Below are positions 52,701 through 64,000 of a stretch of 64,000 nucleotides of DNA, in pieces; the stretch's first letter is position 1, and each line of letters starts with the position of its first letter. The notes beneath the pieces are model-generated. The model was not told where the DNA came from and made no database searches. It saw only the letters and a list, made by a program, of their open reading frames with translations. The DNA lies in contig NMRA01000070.1 of the NCBI GenBank assembly GCA_002633005.1, forward strand, positions 419,872 to 483,871, in the 5' to 3' direction. The stretch comes from Phoronis australis (taxonomy: Eukaryota; Animalia; Phoronida). The translations under genes and the position numbers were made by a program.

Positions 52701-55700
52701 TGTTGTTGTTGTTGTTGCTGTTGCTGTTGTTGCTTCAACTGGTTGAGAGCCTGCTGCTGAGCGACATCCTTTGACACCTGCTGAACCATCTGTGCCTGCC
52801 CGGTGCCTGGGAACTGCTGGCCATATGGCACCATGAACTGACCTTGGGGTGGCACAAACTGTTGACCAGGCTGGCCATAATGAGGTGGCCAGTACATCAT
52901 CATCTGGCCCTGTTGCATCATAGGGGGTATGTATGGCGAGTAGAGCAGTTGTGGAGGCTGATGCAGCTGACCTTGCATGGCTGCGCCGCCAGCGCCACCA
53001 CTACCAGTAGGGAGACTGCCGAACTGCAGCTGATTAGGTACTGCTGCTTGCTTATGGGCCTGGCCGCCAGTTTGAAGCAGCTGGTGCGAGCTGGCATCCA
53101 GGGAAGTAGGGGTCGGCGTCTGCGAGGAACTACGGGGCAGAGCCGTCAACTTCTGAGTACCTCCGTTGCCGCCACCAATCATGGACAGCTGTTGCTTCAC
53201 TTCGCCAATGTCAACAGGCTGCGCAGTCACGTGTCCCGTATACGTGTTATGGGCACTCCTGTTGGGGGAGTCGCTCAAGGAAGCGCCATTGGGGCTGGAT
53301 GTCGACCGCTGGATCCGGTGCACAACATGTTGTTGTTGCTGCTGCTGTAAAGTGTCTGTGAATAGCTTCTGAGAGAATGAGTTGGAGAGGCCAGTCTTGT
53401 CCTCCGACGGCTGGGACGTGTCATCAACACTTGTAACTGACTCTGTAGTGCTCTGCAATGGAAACATTACTCAACTTAAAAAAGATTTACGACGTTTATG
53501 TTTGGAACACATTTGAAGGTCAGGCTAATACTTGCAGTTTTTGGCTGCATAATATTTCAATTTTTCTTTCACTTATAATGCATTTAATCCTCAGCTTTCA
53601 AAAGTCTAAACAAATGTTTCATTGAGATTTAGATGATCTCCAGGCATGCTACTGGCCGCAATACTTACTTGCGCTTCCTCAACTGGACGAGTAAAGACCA
53701 CGCCATCTGTGGAGATTTTCCTGGAAAGACTAGGACTCGTTACTGGGGTTTGTCCTTCCAGCGACCGAGCCTGTTCAATCTGCAACAAACGAAAAGTCTC
53801 ATTCATTTAATATTCTATTAGGTATCGATAACTATTTAAAGCTGCATTTTGCCCCGTTTAGCTGGCTAAACAACAAAAATTGAATGGGGTCTTTCACACG
53901 CATCAAATCAGTCCAATAATATCCCTTACGACACAATTCTATTTGAGCTACAAACGAGGATGTTGAAACCAATCAGCGACTCAAGAGAACACTTCAAATT
54001 TTCTGCTCCTCCCTCATGCCATACATGGGCATTATCATCAAGGTCTTTTCCCATTAAACACATTCAACTTTCACAACTGACAGAAGACCCACGTTGGGCA
54101 TGTACTCGGTACAATATATCGGATCTGTCAGAACACTACAGCTGGGAACACCTGTCTGTGGCTAATGAGAAAAGAATGAGCTGCAGCACATGAGGAAAGA
54201 ACCGAAGACAGTGAGAAAATAAGTTTACTAATGGGAACAAATGCTGCTAAAAAGAACGTCCTTGTGGTCCTTGAGGAAGACTATTAGCCAGGCCACCTGT
54301 GGTAGCAAGTTCAATGCAGCCCATTGCGTCTAAAATTAATCACGGTTACCACTAATATTCTGTTTCCATTTTCAATGACTTTCAGGAGAAAAAAAAATGT
54401 TCCCGACACAAACGAAGTTGCACAATCATGTTATTTTTCAGGAAAATGTTCTCGTTTCCAAAAGTTTTACTCTATTTTCATTTTTCATAGTTGGAATTCT
54501 TGATATGATTTTCCAGGTTTTCCATGTAAAACCATGCTTGCTAGTACAGTAAATCCCTGTCGTGCAATCAGCTGTCAAATTTAACTGCATTTTCATACCC
54601 TCCAGATTTTATTTTCAACAAGGCTGGACAACACATGAGCAGGAAGCTTTCAGTAGTTCAATTGTGGACAACACGATAACAGAACACACTTGAAAAATAT
54701 CTAGAGCTAATTTAAGTACCTTAGCAGCTGCATCTGGGTCTTTGGTAACGAAGTCGATCACATCGTTAACCTCCTGAACGAGAACTTCAGTCTGTGTGGA
54801 CGGTAGAAGCTCTGCAGCCACCTAGAAGAGAGACATACCAGTTCATAATAGGGTGCAATCAACTAGAAAGATTATTGTCACGGCTAAAACCCTGTGGAAA
54901 CCAGCTCAACTGACTACCAAATACCAGATAATTTCTATCACGCAGGGTGATATTTAAGATGCTGCCTCGAGAAAAGTCAAAAACATTGGTAATCAAATGC
55001 CAATGATCTCGACGCGTTTGTGGAAAAAATTCAAAACTGTCTAGTTTCCATTAAGAACAAATCAAAACCAACTACAGAACATAAAAAACAGGACTCAACA
55101 AATTTAACGCATTTTAAGTTCAGTAAGCTTTTCATGCTAAGACATTGCATGATTGTCTGGCTCAAAGACATTTTGCATACAGTAAAGAAAAGTAGCAAAA
55201 GCTCATTCACCGAGAACAGTCATCACTACGTCAATGACAAGAGAGGAATGTTACTGAGAACACCACCTACCAAGTTTTGAGCAATTTCTTTGGGGTCATC
55301 ATCCTTCGAGTGGAACTTGAACGTGACCACGTTGCCACGACCGCCCTCCATCTGCACCTCAACGACGCTCTCATGGTCCAAGCCAATCACTTTGAGCCGT
55401 GGGAACCGGTCGTGCGTTCGTTTCCGCTTCGTCCTCACCTTGCGCTTGCCCCGCTCTCCTCCGGTGGACGCATCACTCTCACAACTGGAACATAGATGGC
55501 AGATGACTTAGTTTGGAGTTTTTCACCAACAATTACACTTTGACCTAAAGAAGACCATTTTCAAACCAATTCTTTTCACATTTTAGCACGGTACTATAAT
55601 AACAAGGTCATAGTGGTTTAAACTGGAAACCTCACTTTAAGCTTGTAAAGAACTAAAGAAGTGATGGATCACACTTGCCAATGCATGGATCTTCCTTCAT

Positions 55701-58700
55701 GTCAGTATCACTGTCACCAGGTGTTTGCAGTGCAAATGGAACACTGTAAGAGCACAGTATAAGTCATTGACTCAGAACTGCTTACACTTACCAGCTGGTG
55801 CCAGTGACTAGGTCTTCGGCGTTTGCGACGAGCATCGGATTTAGGTCGTGTATGACGCCAAGGTCAAGATTGGGCAAGCTCTGAACCTGAAACAGAAGTC
55901 ATAGTTGTGGTCAGTAAGATAGCAAAGGACATCACTCGCGTAAACATAAGGTTGTTAGGTTCGTGCGTTACTCACACTGGGAACACAAGCACTGTATTGA
56001 GCAAATAAAACAATGCATAACACTGTTCAAAGGAACACAGCTGAAACAAAACCTTCCATTAAAAAGGCAACAATACGGATGCAACCTGCACTTACAGCAA
56101 AAACACAAAACCCCCGAGTCACAAAACTCAAGTACAGAAACGAACAATCTGAGATGACCCTTCACAAGATAACGGCAGTACAGATAGTAAATCAATACTA
56201 CTGCAAATGAAATAACAGAAACAGACAAGATAAATTTTAAGAAGCAAAGTTCCGTAGCAACTAAGAGGAATATTCAGTGACAACAAAATTTATCTTATCT
56301 CATACCCACAATGAGTTGCATGATGACAGGAGTATTTTTAGGTTGGGGGTGAAATATTGAGACATGTAGTAGACATATTAGCAAGCTGACGTAGTCTATA
56401 TGCTAAACATGTCAATGAATGATCAGTGGTGAATCGACTATGGAAACAAACGTGTCAGTTCAACTAAAGTAATTTACATGTGAACACAAACTGCATTCTC
56501 AAATTCAACACACACAATGAGTAAAAGTTTGAATTATAGTATGTTAAACTTAGTCACAAACATATCAGAAGATTTTGCTTCAATCAATAGTAATCGCCAA
56601 CTCATGGAAGATTTCGAGTCTTTGTACCCAGATTGTGGTTAGGCTAAAAATTACCATTATTCTGGTTGTCATTTTTGCGAGGAATCGAAGAAAGTTAACA
56701 TGGTGGCTTCATGCAACACAGGAAAAACAAGTGAAGAGCAAAATATAAAAAAAACATAAAAATTAATAGAAAAATCTAGAACTGAAATAACACATAATAC
56801 GAAGCTTTAAAGCAAGCTGGCACAGTAAATTATCAAATAACAAGAATTCTTCCCAAAACCTTGCCAAGATTACAGGACTAGTTATGGGTGCATTACACAA
56901 ATGTCAGCTTATGATATTTACCAATTTCACATGCACACAATTTAAATTCATTCTCGGTTAAAAGTGGAAATCTCGCTGCAAATGGAAAGCAGGACGAGAT
57001 TTGACATTATTTCTAACTGCACCAGCTCGGTGTAATCTAGGTGCTCTGACAAACTAGCCAACAGTGCGACTCACAGGTGACACACAGTCAACATGCTATT
57101 GGTTCCTTGAGAAGCAGCTTCAGTGTCACTAAGTCAAGCGTCACGCCACCAGCACAAACTTCTGACTCTTGAATTGGGAGATATTTCAAACCTTTGAGTA
57201 AATCTCAATTTCTGGAACGGTTCTTGAGAGCAGTGTCTTAATTTGTAAGTTTTGAGACAAAATTTTGAAGTTGATCATTTCAGCTTTTTAAGTATAAAAT
57301 GAATTTGCAGAAATGGATACAACACGATATTTGAAATTTGAATATTAAAAACAAACTGCCGCCCGGACGGACGGACGGACGGCCGGCCGGACGGACGGAC
57401 GGCCGGACGGACGGACGGACAGAGATGACGGCATAATGCGTCCACATATAAATATGTGGGCGCATAAAAAGGCAACAATACGGATGCAACCTGCACTTAC
57501 AGCAAAAACACAAAACCCCCGAGTCACAAAACAAACAATCTGAGATGACCCTTCACAAGATAACGGCAGTACAGATAGTAAATCAATACTACTGCAAATG
57601 AAATAACAGAAACAGACAAGATAGATTTTAAGAAGCAAAGTTCCGTTGCAACTAAGAGGAATATTCAGTGACAACAAAATTTATCTTATCTCATACCCAC
57701 AATGAGTTGCATGATGACAGGAGTATTTTTAGGTTGTGGGTGAAATATTGAGACATGTAGTAGACAGATTAGCAAGCTGACGTAGTCTATATGCTAAACA
57801 TGTCAATGAATGATCAGTGGTGAATTGACTGTGGAAACAAACGTGTCAGTTCAACTAAAGTAATTTACATGTGAACACAAACTGCATTCTCAAATTCAAC
57901 ACACACAATGAGTAAAAGTTAGAATTATAGTATGTTAAACTTAGTCACAAACATATCAGAAAATTTTGCTTCAATCAATAGTAATCGCCAACTCATGTAA
58001 GATTTCGAGTCTTTGTACCCAGATTGTGGTTAGGCTAAAAATTACCATTATTCTGGTTGTCATTTTTGCGAGGAATCAAAGAAAGTTAATATGGTGGCTT
58101 TATGCAACACAGGAAAAACAAGGGAAGAGCAAAATATAAAAAAAAACATAAAAATTAATAGCAAAATCTAAAACTGAAATAACACATAATACGAAGCTTT
58201 AAAGCAAGCTGGCACAGTAAATTATCAGATAACAAGAATTCTTCTCAAAACCTTGCCAAGATTACAGGACCAGTTATGAGTGCATTACACAAATGTCAGC
58301 TTATGATAGTCACCAATTTCACATGCACACAATTTAAATTCATTCTCGGTTAAAAGTGGAAATCTCGCGGCAAATGGAAAGCAGGACGAGATTTGACATT
58401 ATTTCTAACTGCACCAGCTCGGTGTAATCTAGGTGCTCTGACACACTAGCAACAGTGCGACTAACAGGTGACACACAGTCAACATGCTATTGGTTCCTTG
58501 AGAAGCAGCTTCAGTGTCACTAAGTCAAGCGTCACGCCACCAGCACAAACTTCTGACTCTTGAATTGGGAGACATTTCAAACCTTTGAGTAAATCTTAAT
58601 TTCTGGAACGGTTCTTGAGAGCAGTGTCTTAATTTGTAAGTTTTGAGACAAAATTTTGAAGTTGATCATTTCAGCTTTTTAAGTATAAAATGAATTTGCA

Positions 58701-61700
58701 GAAATGGATACAACACGATATTTGAAATTTGAATATTAAAAACAAACTAAAAATAACAATTAAGAGCAGAATTCAAAGCACAAAATGGATGCAATTCGTC
58801 ACAAATTCTTTACACGTGGTAAGATTCGGATAAATAATAAACACTTTTCATGATGTTCGCTATTGAACATGGAAATGTTGGCAGAGCAGTTGTTGCAGTT
58901 TGGCTGGACCAAAGAGCGGCAGGGACGGTACGAAATCCAGTGCACGCATTAGGCTGAAACAACACGTCACAGCACACATCTGTGAAAGCACACATAAAAG
59001 AACAACAACAGCTCAAGCTAGGCTGTATTACCGCTACAGGCGTCGGGTCTGCGGTCAGCTGTACCGGTGCACTGCCACTAGCACCAGGTGGCGGTGTAGG
59101 TAGGAACGTTGGCGACACCGGCATGGGAGCCAATGCACTTTCGGACTAGAACAACGAATGAGAGAAAGAGATAGCAATATTAGTATCAAGTGCTGCCGCA
59201 ACCGTTGTAGAGTTTAGCTGCAAAGCTGAACTACTGCTCAAAAGCGACTAGCTCAACATGCGAGCAAGCGATCGTCTAGGACTGCTGGTCACTGTAACTC
59301 CCCATAACTTACGTTTAGCCAGTAGATCTGAACACAAACATAAGGAGAAACGTAATGTAACACGAGAAAACACGCGATTGATAAACAACATGCAACGAGG
59401 GGTAAAATCATAATACCAGTGAAAGTTTGCTGATCGAGTGTTGCTGAATGCTGATTCATAACTGCTTAAATTCCTATTGAGTTTTAAACTGAACCCATAC
59501 ATCGGATAGTTCAATATGCAGGATTCTCTAGCCAAAAATATCAGCAACCACTCAACAATCACTCAACAACTATTCAGCAACCACTCAACAACCACAACAC
59601 AACTTTAAGGTGAAATCTCACCAATTAAGCACAGAATACGCCGGCCAATGAAATTTTGTTTACTTTTAAAAAGGTAGGTCCAAATAAATGACTTAACATT
59701 GTAAGTTCCGAAAGGTACCCACCATCCGATAACATTTTGAGAAATTGTGGGCACTGAAGACCATGTTAGAAGCTTTTGAAAATGATCAAAGAATTGGTGA
59801 GGTTTTACAGTACTGCCACAAAAGGTCAGGAAATCTAAACACTAACAAGAAACCACTGTGTATGCCAACACAAACATACCAAAGACTAGTGCGATTGTAA
59901 TTAAGGCCCAGAATCTTATCAACTATCAACCAACTCGAAACTTGGACCAATCGCACTCCATTATTGAAGTAAAAATCCATAAGTTCACTAATTAAGCATA
60001 GCGTGGTGAATTTTCGAGAGCAATTTCGAGTACAGATATATGGCCCAATACTCGCGTCCACTTGGAGATCATTTAGAGCAGCAATAGGCAAGCAGCAATA
60101 GGCACGCTAAGTGTGGAAATCACCTCTGGAGGCCATTCATCAACTCTGTTCTCTGCTTTACTCAAGAAATAGATCAGCACGTCTCTCTAATAATTCCAAC
60201 CACATCAAAATAAAAAAATATTCTTTGCTAAGACAGAAGCATATAAGCAGAAACTATGGCTTTAATTTAACTAAAGTCCAAATAGCAGTGAACCTGAGAA
60301 GTTATTTCAAACGTCAGGAATGCATTATTTGCGCACTAGTACTGAAAGAACCAAGTTTAAGAACATGAGACAGGACAATAAGATGATTTGAAGTGGTGAC
60401 AGATTTAGATAATATCTAGTGTTATCAGCTTCTTAACAACAAAATGACTGAATGGAAATGAGGGGAAAGATAAAGCAACACCGTTGGCAAACTGACGACG
60501 CAAAATTTTTCAAAACAATTGCACCACCAAATGCAAAGTCCATCTATCAATAAACACAAGTGATGAATTCAATAAAATACTCAGAAACAATCTTTGAAGG
60601 CACATAAGCTAAGCCGAGTCACAAGCAACAACTCAAAGCTGCAGTTCTACGATTGTAACAGAAACGCATTAGACTTGCGTGAGGTCGTGTTACCACTGAA
60701 CACGATAATCAACCACCAACACCCAACAAATCAGAACAAAATAAAAAAATGAAGCCAGGGAAATACATTGGACAGTCCAAGAACAGGTGGAGCTCCAGAA
60801 CGTGCACGATTATTTTGAAATTGAATGCCAGTGCAATGGAAGCCATGGTCTTGTGAGCAGATGAACACGTGTTAGCTCCCTCTAGTGAGAAATGTAAGAA
60901 CTAAAGCAATCGCATGAAGCTATCTTGCACTTTAGTGGACTAACTTGCAGGCGCTAAAGTATGTAGGAAGGAGAGGTGGTGGACTAGTGACATCACTAAG
61001 TTAACACGTTTCATACCGAATGAAGTGTCGACGACTGGCTGTCCGCAATACCAAGAACAGGCTGTGAGACCACATTATGCACTTGGGTCGCACCCGTAAT
61101 AGTATCCCCCACAGCCACTGTGCCTTCGCCTAAAGGGGCAGGGGTCTCCGTGAGTTTCTGACTGCTCACAGGCAATGCGCCGGACGATTGGTAATTCTGA
61201 AGAGCCTCAGTGTTGGGTGGGACAGGCTCTACTGTAGGAACCTCGCTACTTGCCACTAATGCTGGTGGCTGAGGATCATTCGCTGGTGAAACCAAAGCGG
61301 TGCAGGAAGGTGCCACTCCTTCCATCAGAACAGGCTGGGCATGCAGCTGTGGTTTCGACACCGTGTCAGCAGCAACGATGACTGGAGGCATTTGTGTTAC
61401 CGTCTGCGTTGAAAGCGTAGACTCAAATTCCACTCCAGTAACTGGCGGCGGATTGCCTGGCAGCACAGGAAGTTCCTGCTGAGACAAAACGGTTTGCTGC
61501 ACTTGGTCTGGCGGTGCAAGAATCCCCGATTGAGGATGCGCAGGAACAGTCTGCTGCACGGCCAAGATGGAGTTTAGGGGTTCTGCTTGAGGCGGAACGT
61601 TAAGAGCAGATTGATCCGTTTGAGTCAGGCCACTTTGTGCCGAAGGTGTGAGGGTTGCTGACGGTGCCGGATAAGTTTGGATAGGGGGCGGAAATGTCCC

Positions 61701-63418
61701 CGGTTCATGGAAAGGCCGAAAGGATTGCATGGATGCTGCCATGGTTACCGGAGCAGCGAGCGAGGTGGGGGCGATCACCGGGCGCATGAGGGGGAAGACG
61801 CCAGCAGGCGCGGACATGTGTGACGGCACCAGGGGTACTAGTACAGAGTGCGACTGAAGCCCAACGCCACCTGGTGGCAGCTGTGGATAGAGAGAAGGGA
61901 GAGAAAGAACATCAATGAGATAACAGATTGTAGGTAACGAAGCACTTAAGAAGACAGACATGATTGAAACACTCTGCATTTTTAGAAGAGATCAATTTCA
62001 AAAAAGACAGAGGAGGATAAACTTTAAGAACAAACTCATCTATCAACAATTCATTCACAGACTTTTATCTCCATGTTTCACCTCACTATAGAACTGCATC
62101 TATGCAACGTAGCACAGTGGTTAAAGCTTGTCCAAAACATACATTCTAACATCATATCTACTCGGAACCATGCTAGTGAAATTCCAAGCTGGTTTATAAA
62201 AAACACAATCCATCGTCAGTTGTAGGACAGAGCTCCATGCGATAAAAACACTCGGGCCTAAAAGTTCTACTAATAAGTTGGGACAAATGAAGTGAGGATG
62301 AGGACAAAAATGTATACTGGGTGCGGAAGTTGGCAGTTAATTTGATGAAATATAACCTTGTGCGTCAAGATGGGTATATGTTAATTTTCAGAATTGTCAT
62401 GACCTGCTCAAGTGAGATGGGGACGTAATTCAGAAAGACTGGAACATAACTCAAGTGCTTAACCTCTATCACCATGACTCAGGATCCAGGAACAAGCAAA
62501 TGTTGACATGAAGAGGGTGAGACTACAACACCAATCTGGAGGCGGGATTTGCAGCCAGATTGACACGCATACAACAGAACACGCCAGTAATACATACCTG
62601 TTGAAAATTCTGGTGCTGGTAAACGGTGCTAGGGTTGACGTAGGGGGAGCCAGCCATGGGCGGAAACTGTGACAAAAGTTGAAACTGCTGACCCCCAAAC
62701 TGTCCCGAGGGATACGCCTTTGAATAGACAAGAGAACTAAGTCAGAATCATTGACAGTCGAGGGCACCCTGAGGTACAATAAACCAGTCAGCACAAAAGA
62801 TGAAAACCACGTGAAAACAACGTTTTAAGACTCGCCATTGTTAACACGGACAATGCAGTAGTCTACAAAAAATGACAGCACTCTCAAAATGGATTTGGTT
62901 CAAAATGATTACGAAAACCAAACAAGACTCTCAACAAATATAACAGTATATCATTTAAAAATAAAACTAATATATTTAATTCTGGATTCCCAATTTTTGT
63001 TATTAAAGTAGGTATCTCCTGGTTTTTTTTCTTTATTTATGAAAACAGCTACACGATGACTTGAAGCAAAAAATGAGTCAACAACATGGCCAATAACTAA
63101 ATAAGTTTAGCAGTGTCTAAATATAAACCTTGGTTACGGTTTAAATAAAAATGTTTATGAACTTAAAAAAATCTTTAAAATTCCACTCAAGTCATTAGAT
63201 ATATCAGTAGCAACCATTTCCACACTTCCACACATGCTTTCAATATAACTACACCTAGGAATAAATGGTTCAACAAACAATCTGTCTGGAGCATACGGCA
63301 CCATCTACCTGTTGATAGGTTGCATTCACAGGCTGCCCAGGGTCAGACACCAGAGAATTGATAGAGCCAACTGAGCCAGACAAGTTGCCAACACCGCTGT
63401 CTGAAGGCACGGCTGGAC
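43781..63418 (-). CDS. WNK: WNK-family Ser/Thr kinase, C-terminal regulatory region (kinase-domain exons lie beyond the window end)
   Basis: Phase-compatible exons 63418-63309, 62717-62598, 61880-61017, 59145-59032, 55886-55792, 55484-55271, 54821-54720, 53779-53669, 53452-49757, 47370-47282 and 44561-43781 give about 2,097 codons. RFPRLKVIGLDHESVVEVQMEGGRGNVVTFKFHSKDDDPKEIAQNLVAAELL resembles the WNK second CCT-like domain (human [33 protein letters not shown]). There are RFQV and RFTI SPAK/OSR1-docking motifs and a long Q/P/S-rich disordered region. The donor at 54720 is uncertain. Confidence 0.82.
45000..46405. mobile_element. Kolobok-like element spanning the assembly gap
   Basis: TTAA-aaggggactgta at 45000-45015 and tacagttcccct-TTAA at 46390-46405 form TTAA-flanked inverted ends. 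Confidence 0.55.
45272..46261. other. Assembly gap (run of N)
   Basis: About 990 consecutive N. Confidence 1.
46962..47121. mobile_element. Partial copy of the PIF/Harbinger-like MITE
   Basis: Shares catttttgactt, aaacttaagatctct and aaatttaagat...tagctaag, plus the terminal tttcttgcaacaggaccc, with 22658-22898. Confidence 0.6.
47474..47721. mobile_element. Older, inverted copy of the 6-bp-TSD hAT-like MITE
   Basis: CATTTC|CTGGGCTTGGAATGACCAATGACAAAAA ... AAAATTCCAAGCCCTG|AATTTC. The ends match 35731-36238 in reverse orientation and the TSD matches at 5 of 6 positions. Confidence 0.7.
49757..53452 (-). CDS. WNK: Giant 3,696-nt phase-0 internal WNK exon (polyQ, RFxV/I motifs)
   Basis: Acceptor ttccattgcag at 53453+ and donor gtagat at 49756-49751. 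Open for 1,232 codons. RFQV at 51643-51632, RFTI at 51784-51773, polyQ near 52690-52735 and 53325-53350. Confidence 0.8.
56060..58748. repeat. About 1.3-kb direct tandem duplication in a WNK intron (56060-57357 and 57465-58748)
   Basis: Both copies start taaaaaggcaacaatacggatgcaacc and end gaatattaaaaacaaact. They differ by scattered substitutions and one about 13-14 bp indel. Confidence 0.95.
57358..57470 (-). mobile_element. Isolated Helentron/HINE left end with (GTCC)n microsatellite
   Basis: The minus strand reads tttttATGCGCCCACATAtttaTATGTGGACGCAT (hairpin), then gccgtcatctct(gtcc)n. This is the typical DINE-1/HINE 5' architecture and matches the end at 38842. Confidence 0.8.
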
Positions 63419-64000
63419 CTGAAAAAATGAACACATGAACATAGGGGTGACCAATTCAGGTCACGGAAGGATAAAAATCCGGAGAGAAATTAGCCATTAA
63501 GTTAAGTTAAAACCTAGGGCCCCACACAAATTAGTCTCCCCTCCCCCTTCATAGCCGCAGGATTCTTCGAAAATTGTGGTGACCTGAAAACCTTAAACCG
63601 GCATTAACAAAATCAACAATTTGCTGCAGAATCTTTCTTGCTCAAAGTCAAGTTGCACAAGCCTTATAAACAAGACAATATCAATAACGCCACTATGCAC
63701 CACAGTGTCGTTGTTGTGCAACAACCAAAGTTATCAAATGGGTAAAGTGTACACAGCAGCCAACGTCTCATACAACTTGAATGCTGGTAACAAGCAAGTG
63801 AGGGTACAGATGAAGGAATATTTATGCCATATTTTAACTTATGCCACAATAGACAACTGTAAGTATGATAGAGAATCCTCCATATTCACTAACACTGAAT
63901 TGCAGACAGGTCTTCATATTCGTAACTACTCCGTCGTCGCCCAACAGATAAATCTTCTTCGTGACTAAAGAAACGACGAAAGTCGGAAAACGAGCGCGCC

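Noticed and set aside
50076-53372. Multiple plus-strand ORFs (up to 190 aa) opposite the giant WNK exon; likewise 43832-44501
   Set aside because: Antisense shadow ORFs are expected opposite GC-richer low-complexity coding sequence, and there is no independent support.
57060-57200. Possible duplicated (mutually exclusive) WNK exon inside the 1.3-kb duplication
   Set aside because: A donor-like gtgag exists in one copy only, and all three minus-strand frames upstream of it contain stops.

Overview
Animal genomic DNA, AT-rich with GT-AG introns. It is probably a marine bilaterian invertebrate, but the taxon cannot be fixed from sequence alone. Five protein-coding genes were reconstructed by hand from splice sites and reading frames. 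(1) The last six coding exons of leukotriene A4 hydrolase (LTA4H, +, 551-4527). (2) An intronless 524-aa CoA-dependent acyltransferase / condensation-fold ORF (+, 11116-12690) whose HHxxxDG motif reads HPAVADG. (3) The sterol delta8-delta7 isomerase EBP (-, 3 coding exons, 15186-18902). (4) A complete 13-exon BAP1 deubiquitinase (+, 22139-37771), head-to-head with EBP, with a candidate 15-nt micro-exon and HCF-1- and FOXK-binding-like motifs. (5) The C-terminal about 2,100 codons of a WNK-type kinase (-, 43781-63418), including a 3.7-kb exon; the kinase domain lies outside the window. Non-coding DNA holds several MITE families, Helentron-type (HINE) elements, an array of about 10 co-oriented CTCF-like motifs between the BAP1 and WNK 3' ends, a 1.3-kb tandem duplication with a Helentron end at the junction, minisatellites and one about 1-kb assembly gap. 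No rRNA, tRNA or CRISPR array was recognised. No database searches were run; family assignments come from recalled motifs.
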